Source: Eledone cirrhosa
Taxonomy: Eukaryota
Reading direction: 5' to 3'
NCBI GenBank assembly: GCA_964016885.1
Contig: OZ024740.1
Coordinates: 16,244,001 to 16,308,000, forward strand
Length of the DNA: 64,000 nucleotides
Part shown: piece after piece, positions 1-12,000 of the stretch
How the letters are laid out: the number at the start of each line of letters is the position of its first letter
Position numbering within the stretch: the stretch's first letter is position 1
Program-made: the position numbers and the translations under genes
The notes under the pieces: model-generated
The model's input: only the letters and a program-made list of their open reading frames with translations
Database searches by the model: none
What the model was told of the DNA's origin: nothing

Positions 1-3000
1 AAGGTCTTCAGAGAAGAAACTCTCAGGAGAGCTGGTCAGCAGAAGGTCTTCAGAGAAGAAACTCTTAGGAGAGCTGGACAGCAGGAGGTCTTCAGAAAAG
101 AATCGCTCATGAGAGCTGGACAGCAGAAGGTCTTCAGAGAAGAAACTCTCCGGAGAGATAGACAGCAGAAGGTCTTCAGAGAAGAAACTCTAGGGAGAGC
201 TGGACAGCAGAAGGTCTTCAGTGAAGAAACTCAGGAGAGCTAGACAGCAGAAGGTCTTCAGAGAAGAAACTGTCAGGAATGCTGGACAGCAGAAGGTCTT
301 CAGAGAAGAAACTCTCAGGAGAGCTAGACAGCAGAAGGTCTTCAGAGTAGAAACTCTCAGGAGAGCTGGACAGCAGAAGGGCTTCAGAGAAGAAACTCTC
401 AGGAGAGCTGGACGGCAGAAGGTCTTCAGAGAAAGAACTCTCAGGAGAGCTAGACAGCGGAAGGTCTTCAGAGAAGATACTCTCACGAGAGCTGGACAGC
501 AGAAGGTCTTTAGAGAAGAAACTTTCAGGAGAGCTAGACAGCAGAAGGTCTTCAGAGAAGAAACTGTCAGGAGAGTTGGACAGCAGAATGTCTTTAGAGA
601 AGAAACTGTCAGGAGAGCTGGACAGCAGAAGGTCTTCAGAGAAGAAACTCTCAGGAGAGCTGGACAGCATAAGGTCTTCAGAGAAGAAACTCTCAGGAGA
701 GCTGGACAGCAGAAGGTCTTCAGAGAAGAAACTCTCAGGAGAGCTAGACAGCAGAAGGTCTTCAGAGCAGAAACTGGCAGGGGAGCTGGACAGCAGAAGG
801 TCTTTAGAGAAGAAACTCTCAGGAGAGCTGGACAGCAGAAGGTCTTCAGAGAAGAAACTGTCAGGAGAGCTGGACAGCAGAAGGTCTTCAGAGAAGAAAC
901 TCTCAGGAGAGCTAGACAGCAGAAGGTCTTCAGAGAAGATACTCTCGGGAGAGCTGGACAGCAGAAAGTCTTTAGAGAAGAAACTCTCAGGAGAGCTAGA
1001 CAGCAGAAGGTCTTCAGAGAAGAAACTGTCAGGAGAGCTGGACAGCAGAAGGTCTTTAGAGAAGAAACTGTCAGGAGAGCTGGACAGCAGAAGGTCTTTA
1101 GAGAAGAAACTGTCAGGAGAGCTGGACAGTAGAAGGTCTTTAGAGAAGAAACTCTCAGGAGAGCTGGACAGTAGAAGGTCTTCACAGAAGAAACTGTCAG
1201 GAGACCTGGACAGCAGAAGGTCTTTAGAGAAGAAACTCTCAGGAGAGTTGGCCAGCAGAAGGTCTTCAGAAAAGAAACTGTCATGAGAGCTGGACAGCAG
1301 AAGGTCTTCAGAGAAGAAACTCTCAGGAGAGCTGGACAGCATAAGGTCTTCAGAGAAGAAACTCTCAGGAGAGCTGGACAGCAGAAGGTCTTCAGAGAAG
1401 AAACTCTCAGGAGAGATAGACAGCAGAAGGTCTTCTGAGAAGAAACTCTCAGGAGAGATGGACAGCAGAAGGTCTTTAGAGAAGAAACTCTTGGGAGAGC
1501 TGGACAGCAGAAGTTCTTCAGAGGAGAAACTCTCAGGAGTGTTGGATAGCAGAAGGTCTTCAGAGAAGAAACTCTCGGGAGAGCTGGACAGCAGAAGGTC
1601 TTCAGAGATGAAACTGTCAGGAGAGCTGGACAGCAGAAGGTCTTTAGAGAAGAAACTCTCAGGAGAGCTGGACAGCAGAAGGTCTTTAGAGATGAAACTG
1701 TCAGGAGAGCTGGACAGCAGAAGGTCTTCAGAGGAGAAACTCTCAGGAGAGCTGGACAGTAGAAGGTCTTCAGAGAAGAAACTCTCAGGAGAGCTGGACA
1801 GCAGAAGGTCTTTAGAGATGAAACTGTCAGGAGAGCTGGACAGCAGAAGGTCTTCAGAGGAGAAACTCTCAGGAGAGCCAGACGGCAGAAGGTCTTCAGA
1901 GAAGAAACTCTCCGGAGAGCTGAACAGCAGAAGGTCTTCAGAGAAGAAACCCAGAGGAGAGCTGGACAGCAGAAGGTCTTCACAGAAGAAACTGTCAGGA
2001 GACCTGGACAGCAGAAGGTCTTTAGAGAAGAAACTCTCAGGAGAGCTGGCCAGCAGAAGGTCTTCAGAGAAGAAACTGTCAGGAGAGCTGGACAGCAGAA
2101 GGTCTTTAGAGAAGAAACTCTCAGGAGAGCTGGCCAGCAGAAGGTCTTCAGAGAAGAAACTGTCAGGAGAGCTGGACAGCAGAAGGTCTTCAGAGAAGAA
2201 ACTCTCAGGAGAGCTAGTCAGCAGAAGGTCTTCAGAGATGAAACTGTCAGGAAAGCTGGACAGTTGGTCTTCAGAGAAGAAACTCTCGGGAGAGCTGGAC
2301 AGCAGAATGTCTTTAGAAAAGAAACTCTCAGGAGAGCTGGACAGTAGAAGGTCTTTAAAGAAGAAACTTTCAGGAGAGCTGGACAGCAGAAGGTCTTCAG
2401 AGACGAAACTGTCAGGAGAACTGGACAGCAGAAGGTCTTTTGAGAAGAAACTCTCAGGATAGCTGGACAGCAGAAGGTCTTCAGAAAAGAAACTCTCCGG
2501 AGAGCTAGACAGCAGAAGGTCTTCAGAGAAGAAACTCTAGGGAGAGCTGGACAGCAGAAGGTCTTCAGTGAAGAAACTCTGGAGAGCTAGACAGCAGAAG
2601 GTCTTCAGAGAAGAAACTGTCAGGAAAGCTGGACAGCAGAAGGTCTTCAGAGAAGAAACTCTCAGGAGAGCTAGACAGCAGAAGGTCTTCAGAGTAGAAA
2701 CTCTCAGGAGAGCTGGACAGCAGAAGGGCTTCAGAGAAGAAACTCTCAGGAGAGCTGGACAGCAGGAGGTCTTCAGAAAAGAATCTCTCATGACAGCTGG
2801 ACAGCAGAAGGTCTTCAGAGAAGAAACTCTCAGGAGAGCTAGACAGCAGAAGGTCTTCAGAGCAGAAACTGTCAGGGGAGCTGGACAGCAGAAGGTCTTT
2901 AGAGAAGAAACTCTCAGGAGAGCTGGACAGCAGAAGGTCTTTAGAGGAGAAACTCTCAGGAGAGCTAGACAGCAGAAGGTCTTCAGAGAAGAAACTCTCC

Positions 3001-6000
3001 GGAGAGCTGGACAGCAGAAGTTCTTCAGAGAAGAAACTCTGAGGAGAGCTGGACAGCAGAAGGTCTTCAGAGAAGAAACTCTGCGATGAGTTGTACAGTA
3101 GGTCTTCAGAGAAGAAACTCTCCGGAGAGCTGGACAGCAGAAGGTCTTCAGAGAAGAAACTCTTAGGAGAGCTGGATAGCAGAAGGTCTTCAGAGAAGAA
3201 ACTCTCGGGAGAGCTGGACAGCAGAAGGTCTTTAGAGAAGAAACTCTCAGGAAGGCTAGACAGCAGAAGGTCTTCAGAGAAGAAACTCTTAGGAGAGCTG
3301 GATAGCAGAAGGTCTTCAGAGAAGAAACTCTCGGGAGAGCTGGACAGCAGAAGGTCTTTAGAGAAGAAACTGTCAGGAGAGCTAGACAGCAGAAGGTCTT
3401 CAGAGAAGAAACTCTTAGGAGAGCTGGATAGCAGAAGGTCTTCAGAGAAGAAACTCTCGGGAGAGCTGGACAGCAGAAGGTCTTCAGAGAAGAAACTCTC
3501 AGGAGAGCTAGACAGCAGAAGGTCTTCAGAGGAGAAACTCTCAGGAGAGATAGACAGCAGAAGTCTTCAGAGAAGAAACTCTCAGGAGAGCTGGACAGCA
3601 GAAGGGGTTCAGAGAAGAATCTCTCAGGAGAACTGGATAGCAGAAGGTCTTTAGAGAAGAAACTGTCAGGGGAGCTGGACAGCAGAAGGTCTTTAGAGAA
3701 GAAACTCTCAGGAGAGCTGGACAGCAGAAGGTCTTCAGAGAAGAAACTGTCAGGAGAGCTGGACAGCAGAAGGTCTTTAGAGAAGAAACTCTCAGGAGAG
3801 CTAGACAGCAGAAGGTCTTTACAGAAGAAACTCTCAGGAGAGCTGGACAACAGAAGGTCTTCAGAGAAGAAACTCTCAGGAGAGCTGGACAGCAGAAGGT
3901 CTTTAGATGAGAAACTCTCAGGAGAGCTAGACAGCAGAAGGTCTTCAGAGAAGAAACTCTCCGGAGAGCTGGACATCAGAGGGTCTTCAGAGAAGAAACT
4001 CTGAGGAGAGCTGGACAGCAGAAGGTCTTCAGAGAAGAAACTCTGCGATGTGTTGTACAGTAGGTCTTCAGAGAAGAAACTCTCAGGAGAGCTGGACAGC
4101 AGAAGGTCTTCAGAGAAGAAACACTCAGGAGAGCTAGACAGCAGAAGGTCTTCAGAGGAGAAACTCTCAGGAGAGATAGACAGCAGAAGTCTTCAGAGAA
4201 GAAACTCTCAGGAGAGCTGGACAGCAGAAGGTCTTCAGAGAAGAAACTCTCAGGAGAGCTGGACAGCAGAAGGTCTTCAGAGAAGAAACTCTTAGGAGAG
4301 CTGGATAGCAGAAGGTCTTCAGAGAAGAAACTCTCGGGAGAGCTGGACAGCAGAAGGTCTTTAGAGAAGAAACTCTCAGGAAGGCTAGACAGCAGAAGGT
4401 CTTCAGAGGAGAAACTCTCAGGAGAGATAGACAGCAGAAGTCTTCAGAGAAGAAACTCTCAGGAGAGCTGGACAGCAGAAGGTCTTCAGAGAAGAAACTC
4501 TCAGGAGAGCTGGACAGCAGAAGGTCTTCAGAGAAGAAACTCTTAGGAGAGCTGGATAGCAGAAGGTCTTCAGAGAAGAAACTCTCGGGAGAGCTGGACA
4601 GCAGAAGGTCTTCAGAGAAGAAACTCTCAGGAGAGCTAGACAGCAGAAGGTCTTCAGAGGAGAAACTCTCAGGAGAGATAGACAGCAGAAGTCTTCAGAG
4701 AAGAAACTCTCAGGAGAGCTGGACAGCAGAAGGTCTTCAGAGAAGAAACTCTCAGGAGAGCTGGACAGGAGAAGGTCTTCAGAGAAGAAACTCTCCGGAG
4801 AGCTGGATAGCAGAAGGTCTTCAGAGAAGAAACTCTCGGGAGAGCTGGACAGCAGAAGGTCTTTAGAGAAGAAACTCTCAGGAGAGCTAGACAGCAGAAG
4901 GTCTTCAGAGAAGAAACTCTCGGGAGAGCTGGACAGCAGAAGGTCTTCAGAGATGAAACTGTCAGGAGAGCTGGACAGCAGAAGGTCTTCAGAGATGAAA
5001 CTCTCAGGAGAGCTGGACAGTAGGTCTTCAGAGAAGAAACTCTCGGGAGAGCTGCACAGCAGAAGGTCTTCAGAGATGAAACTGTCAGGAGAGCTGGACA
5101 GCAGAAGGTCTTCAGAGAAGAAACTCTCAGGAGAGATAGACAGCAGAAGGTCTTCAGAGAAGAAACTCTCAGGAGAGATGGACAGCAGAAGGTCTTTAGA
5201 GAAGAAACTCTTGGGAGAGCTGGACAGCAGAAGTTCTTCAGAGAAGAAACTCTCAGGAGAGCTAGACAGCAGAAGGTCTTCAGAGAAGAAACTCTCGGGA
5301 GAGCTGGACAGCAGAAGGTCTTCAGAGATGAAACTGTCAGGAGAGCTGGACGGCAGAAGGTCTTCAGAGAAGAAACTCTCAGGTGAGCTGGACAGCAGAA
5401 GGTCTTTAGAGAAGAAACACTCAGGAGAGCTGAACAGCAGAAGGTCTTCAGAGAAGATACTCTCGGGAGAGCTGGACAGCAGAAAGTCTTTAGAGAAGAA
5501 ACTCTCAGGAGAGCTAGACAGCAGAAGGTCTTCAGAGAAGAAACTGTCAGGAGAGCTGGACAGCAGAAGGTCTTTAGAGAAGAAACTGTCAGGAGAGCTG
5601 GACAGCAGAAGGTCTTTAGAGAAGAAACTGTCAGGAGAGCTGGACAGTAGAAGGTCTTTAGAGAAGAAACTCTCAGGAGAGCTGGACAGTAGAAGGTCTT
5701 CACAGAAGAAACTGTCAGGAGACCTGGACAGCAGAAGGTCTTTAGAGAAGAAACTCTCAGGAGAGTTGGCCAGCAGAAGGTCTTCAGAAAAGAAACTGTC
5801 ATGAGAGCTGGACAGCAGAAGGTCTTCAGAGAAGAAACTCTCAGGAGAGCTGGACAGCATAAGGTCTTCAGAGAAGAAACTCTCAGGAGAGCTGGACAGC
5901 AGAAGGTCTTCAGAGAAGAAACTCTCAGGAGAGATAGACAGCAGAAGGTCTTCTGAGAAGAAACTCTCAGGAGAGATGGACAGCAGAAGGTCTTTAGAGA

Positions 6001-9000
6001 AGAAACTCTTGGGAGAGCTGGACAGCAGAAGTTCTTCAGAGGAGAAACTCTCAGGAGTGTTGGATAGCAGAAGGTCTTCAGAGAAGAAACTCTCGGGAGA
6101 GCTGGACAGCAGAAGGTCTTCAGAGATGAAACTGTCAGGAGAGCTGGACAGCAGAAGGTCTTTAGAGAAGAAACTCTCAGGAGAGCTGGACAGCAGAAGG
6201 TCTTTAGAGATGAAACTGTCAGGAGAGCTGGACAGCAGAAGGTCTTCAGAGGAGAAACTCTCAGGAGAGCTGGACAGTAGAAGGTCTTCAGAGAAGAAAC
6301 TCTCAGGAGAGCTGGACAGCAGAAGGTCTTTAGAGATGAAACTGTCAGGAGAGCTGGACAGCAGAAGGTCTTCAGAGGAGAAACTCTCAGGAGAGCCAGA
6401 CGGCAGAAGGTCTTCAGAGAAGAAACTCTCCGGAGAGCTGAACAGCAGAAGGTCTTCAGAGAAGAAACCCAGAGGAGAGCTGGACAGCAGAAGGTCTTCA
6501 CAGAAGAAACTGTCAGGAGACCTGGACAGCAGAAGGTCTTTAGAGAAGAAACTCTCAGGAGAGCTGGCCAGCAGAAGGTCTTCAGAGAAGAAACTGTCAG
6601 GAGAGCTGGACAGCAGAAGGTCTTTAGAGAAGAAACTCTCAGGAGAGCTGGCCAGCAGAAGGTCTTCAGAGAAGAAACTGTCAGGAGAGCTGGACAGCAG
6701 AAGGTCTTCAGAGAAGAAACTCTCAGGAGAGCTAGTCAGCAGAAGGTCTTCAGAGATGAAACTGTCAGGAAAGCTGGACAGTTGGTCTTCAGAGAAGAAA
6801 CTCTCGGGAGAGCTGGACAGCAGAATGTCTTTAGAAAAGAAACTCTCAGGAGAGCTGGACAGTAGAAGGTCTTTAAAGAAGAAACTTTCAGGAGAGCTGG
6901 ACAGCAGAAGGTCTTCAGAGACGAAACTGTCAGGAGAACTGGACAGCAGAAGGTCTTTTGAGAAGAAACTCTCAGGATAGCTGGACAGCAGAAGGTCTTC
7001 AGAAAAGAAACTCTCCGGAGAGCTAGACAGCAGAAGGTCTTCAGAGAAGAAACTCTAGGGAGAGCTGGACAGCAGAAGGTCTTCAGTGAAGAAACTCTGG
7101 AGAGCTAGACAGCAGAAGGTCTTCAGAGAAGAAACTGTCAGGAAAGCTGGACAGCAGAAGGTCTTCAGAGAAGAAACTCTCAGGAGAGCTAGACAGCAGA
7201 AGGTCTTCAGAGTAGAAACTCTCAGGAGAGCTGGACAGCAGAAGGGCTTCAGAGAAGAAACTCTCAGGAGAGCTGGACAGCAGGAGGTCTTCAGAAAAGA
7301 ATCTCTCATGACAGCTGGACAGCAGAAGGTCTTCAGAGAAGAAACTCTCAGGAGAGCTAGACAGCAGAAGGTCTTCAGAGCAGAAACTGTCAGGGGAGCT
7401 GGACAGCAGAAGGTCTTTAGAGAAGAAACTCTCAGGAGAGCTGGACAGCAGAAGGTCTTTAGAGGAGAAACTCTCAGGAGAGCTAGACAGCAGAAGGTCT
7501 TCAGAGAAGAAACTCTCCGGAGAGCTGGACAGCAGAAGTTCTTCAGAGAAGAAACTCTGAGGAGAGCTGGACAGCAGAAGGTCTTCAGAGAAGAAACTCT
7601 GCGATGAGTTGTACAGTAGGTCTTCAGAGAAGAAACTCTCCGGAGAGCTGGACAGCAGAAGGTCTTCAGAGAAGAAACTCTTAGGAGAGCTGGATAGCAG
7701 AAGGTCTTCAGAGAAGAAACTCTCGGGAGAGCTGGACAGCAGAAGGTCTTTAGAGAAGAAACTCTCAGGAAGGCTAGACAGCAGAAGGTCTTCAGAGAAG
7801 AAACTCTTAGGAGAGCTGGATAGCAGAAGGTCTTCAGAGAAGAAACTCTCGGGAGAGCTGGACAGCAGAAGGTCTTTAGAGAAGAAACTGTCAGGAGAGC
7901 TAGACAGCAGAAGGTCTTCAGAGAAGAAACTCTTAGGAGAGCTGGATAGCAGAAGGTCTTCAGAGAAGAAACTCTCGGGAGAGCTGGACAGCAGAAGGTC
8001 TTCAGAGAAGAAACTCTCAGGAGAGCTAGACAGCAGAAGGTCTTCAGAGGAGAAACTCTCAGGAGAGATAGACAGCAGAAGTCTTCAGAGAAGAAACTCT
8101 CAGGAGAGCTGGACAGCAGAAGGGGTTCAGAGAAGAATCTCTCAGGAGAACTGGATAGCAGAAGGTCTTCAGAGAAGAAACTCTTGGGAGAGCTGGACAG
8201 CAGAAGGTCTTCAGACAAGAAACTGTCAGGAGAGCTGGACAGCAGAAGGTCTTTAGAGAAGAAACTGTCAGGGGAGCTGGACAGCAGAAGGTCTTTAGAG
8301 AAGAAACTCTCAGGAGAGCTGGACAGCAGAAGGTCTTCAGAGAAGAAACTGTCAGGAGAGCTGGACAGCAGAAGGTCTTTAGAGAAGAAACTCTCAGGAG
8401 AGCTAGACAGCAGAAGGTCTTCAGAGAAGAAACTCTCAGGAGAGCTGGACAACAGAAGGTCTTCAGAGAAGAAACTCTCAGGAGAGCTGGACAGCAGAAG
8501 GTCTTTAGATGAGAAACTCTCAGGAGAGCTAGACAGCAGAAGGTCTTCAGAGAAGAAACTCTCCGGAGAGCTGGACAGCAGAGGGTCTTCAGAGAAGAAA
8601 CTCTGAGGAGAGCTGGACAGCAGAAGGTCTTCAGAGAAGAAACTCTGCGATGTGTTGTACAGTAGGTCTTCAGAGAAGAAACTCTCAGGAGAGCTGGACA
8701 GCAGAAGGTCTTCAGAGAAGAAACACTCAGGAGAGCTAGACAGCAGAAGGTCTTCAGAGGAGAAACTCTCAGGAGAGATAGACAGCAGAAGTCTTCAGAG
8801 AAGAAACTCTCAGGAGAGCTGGACAGCAGAAGGTCTTCAGAGAAGAAACTCTCAGGAGAGCTGGACAGCAGAAGGTCTTCAGAGAAGAAACTCTTAGGAG
8901 AGCTGGATAGCAGAAGGTCTTCAGAGAAGAAACTCTCGGGAGAGCTGGACAGCAGAAGGTCTTTAGAGAAGAAACTCTCAGGAAGGCTAGACAGCAGAAG

Positions 9001-12000
9001 GTCTTCAGAGGAGAAACTCTCAGGAGAGATAGACAGCAGAAGTCTTCAGAGAAGAAACTCTCAGGAGAGCTGGACAGCAGAAGGTCTTCAGAGAAGAAAC
9101 TCTCAGGAGAGCTGGACAGCAGAAGGTCTTCAGAGAAGAAACTCTTAGGAGAGCTGGATAGCAGAAGGTCTTCAGAGAAGAAACTCTCGGGAGAGCTGGA
9201 CAGCAGAAGGTCTTCAGAGAAGAAACTCTCAGGAGAGCTAGACAGCAGAAGGTCTTCAGAGGAGAAACTCTCAGGAGAGATAGACAGCAGAAGTCTTCAG
9301 AGAAGAAACTCTCAGGAGAGCTGGACAGCAGAAGGTCTTCAGAGAAGAAACTCTCAGGAGAGCTGGACAGGAGAAGGTCTTCAGAGAAGAAACTCTCCGG
9401 AGAGCTGGATAGCAGAAGGTCTTCAGAGAAGAAACTCTCGGGAGAGCTGGACAGCAGAAGGTCTTTAGAGAAGAAACTCTCAGGAGAGCTAGACAGCAGA
9501 AGGTCTTCAGAGAAGAAACTCTCGGGAGAGCTGGACAGCAGAAGGTCTTCAGAGATGAAACTGTCAGGAGAGCTGGACAGCAGAAGGTCTTCAGAGATGA
9601 AACTCTCAGGAGAGCTGGACAGTAGGTCTTCAGAGAAGAAACTCTCGGGAGAGCTGCACAGCAGAAGGTCTTCAGAGATGAAACTGTCAGGAGAGCTGGA
9701 CAGCAGAAGGTCTTCAGAGAAGAAACTCTCAGGAGAGATAGACAGCAGAAGGTCTTCAGAGAAGAAACTCTCAGGAGAGATGGACAGCAGAAGGTCTTTA
9801 GAGAAGAAACTCTTGGGAGAGCTGGACAGCAGAAGTTCTTCAGAGAAGAAACTCTCAGGAGAGCTAGACAGCAGAAGGTCTTCAGAGAAGAAACTCTCGG
9901 GAGAGCTGGACAGCAGAAGGTCTTCAGAGATGAAACTGTCAGGAGAGCTGGACGGCAGAAGGTCTTCAGAGAAGAAACTCTCAGGAGAGCTGGACAGCAG
10001 AAGGTCTTCAGAGATGAAACTGTCAGGAGAGCTGGACAGCAGAAGGTCTTCAGAGGAGAAACTCTCAGGAGAGCTAGACGGCAGAAGGTCTTCAGAGAAG
10101 AAACTCTCCGGAGAGCTGGACAGCAGAAGGTCTTCAGAGAAGAAACTCTGAGGAGAGCTGGACAGCAGAAGGTCTTCAGAGAAGAAACTGTCAGGAGACC
10201 TGGACAGCAGAAGGTCTTCAGAGAAGAAACTGTCAGGTGAGCTGGACAGCAGAAGGTCTTCAGAGAAGAAATTCTCAGGAGAGCTAGTCAGCAGAAGGTC
10301 TTCAGAGATGAAACTGTCAGGAAAGCTGGACAGTAGGTCTTCAGAGAAGAAACTCTCGGGAGAGCTGGACAGCAGAAGGTCTTTAGAAAAGAAACTCTCA
10401 GGAGAGCTGGACAGTAGAAGGTCTTTAAAGAAGAAACTCTCAGGAGAGCTGGACAGCAGAAGGTCTTCAGAGACGAAACTGTCAGGAGAACTGGACAGCA
10501 GAAGGTCTTTAGAGAAGAAACTCTCAGGAGAGCTGGACAGCAGAAGGTCTTCATAAAAGAAACTGTCATGAGAGCTGGACAGCAGAAGGTCCTCAGAGAA
10601 GAAACTCTCATGAGAGCTGGACAGCAGAAGGTCTTTAGAGAAGAAGCTCTCAGGAGAGCTGGACAGCAGAAGGTCTTCAGAGAAGAAACTCTCCGGAGAG
10701 CTGGACAGCAGAAGGTCTTCAGAGAAGAAACTCTCAGGAGAGCTGGTCAGCAGAAGGTCTTCAGAGAAGAAACTCTTAGGAGAGCTGGATAGTAGAAGGT
10801 CTTCAGAGAAGAAACTCTCGGGAGAGCTGGACAGCAGAAGGTCTTTAGAGAAGAAACTCTCAGGAGAGCTAGACAGCAGAAGGTCTTCAGTGAAGAAACT
10901 CAGGAGAGCTAGACAGCAGAAGGTCTTCAGAGAAGAAACTGTCAGGAAAGCTGGACAGCAGAAGGTCTTCAGAGAAGAAACTCTCAGGAGAGCTAGACAG
11001 CAGAAGGTCTTCAGAGTAGAAACTCTCAGGAGAGCTGGACAGCAGAAGGGCTTCAGAGAAGAATCTCTCAGGAGAGCTGGATAACAGAAGGTCTTCAGAG
11101 AAGAAACTCTTGGGAGAGCTGGACAGCAGAAGGTCTTTAGAGAAGAAACCCTCAGGAGAGCTAGACAGCAGAAGGTCTTCAGAGAAGAAACTGTCAGGAG
11201 AGCTGGACAGCAGAAGGTCTTTAGAGAAGAAACTGTCAGGAGAGCTGGACAGCAGAAGGTATTTAGAGAAGAAACTCTCAGGAGAGCTGGACAGCACAAG
11301 GTCTTCAGAGCAGAAACTGTCAGGAGAGCTGGACAGCAGAAGGTCTTCCGAGAAGAAACTCTCAGGAGAGTTAGACAGCAGAAGGTATTCAGAGAAGATA
11401 CTCTCACGAGAGCTGGACAGCAGGTCTTCAGAGAAGAAACTCTCAGGAGAGCTGGACAGCAGAAGGTCTTCAGAGAAGAAACTCTCAGTAGAGCTGGACA
11501 GCAGAAGGTCTTTAGAGGAGAAACTCTCAGGAGAGCTAGACAGCAGAAGGTCTTCAGAGAAGAAACTCTCCGGAGAGCTGGACAGCAGAAGGTCTTCAGA
11601 GAAGAAACTCTGAGGAGAGCTGGTCAGCAGAAGGTCTTCAGAGAAGAAACTCTGAGATTAGTTGTACAGTAGGTCTTCAGAGAAGAAACTCTCAGGAGAG
11701 CTGGACAGCAGAAGGTCTTCAGAGAAGAAACTCTCAGGAGAGCTAGACAGCAGAAGGTCTTCAGAGGAGAAACTTTCAGGAGAGATAGACAGCAGAAGGT
11801 CTTCAGAGAAGAAACTCTCAGGAGAGCTGGACAGCAGAAGGTCTTCAGAGAAGAAACTCTCAGGAGAGCTGGACAGCAGAAGGTCTTCAGAGAAGAAACT
11901 CTTAGGAGAGCTGGATAGCAGAAGGTCTTAAGAGAAGAAACTCTCGGGAGAGCTGGACAGCAGAAGGTCTTTAGAGAAGAAACTCTCAGGAAGGCTAGAC

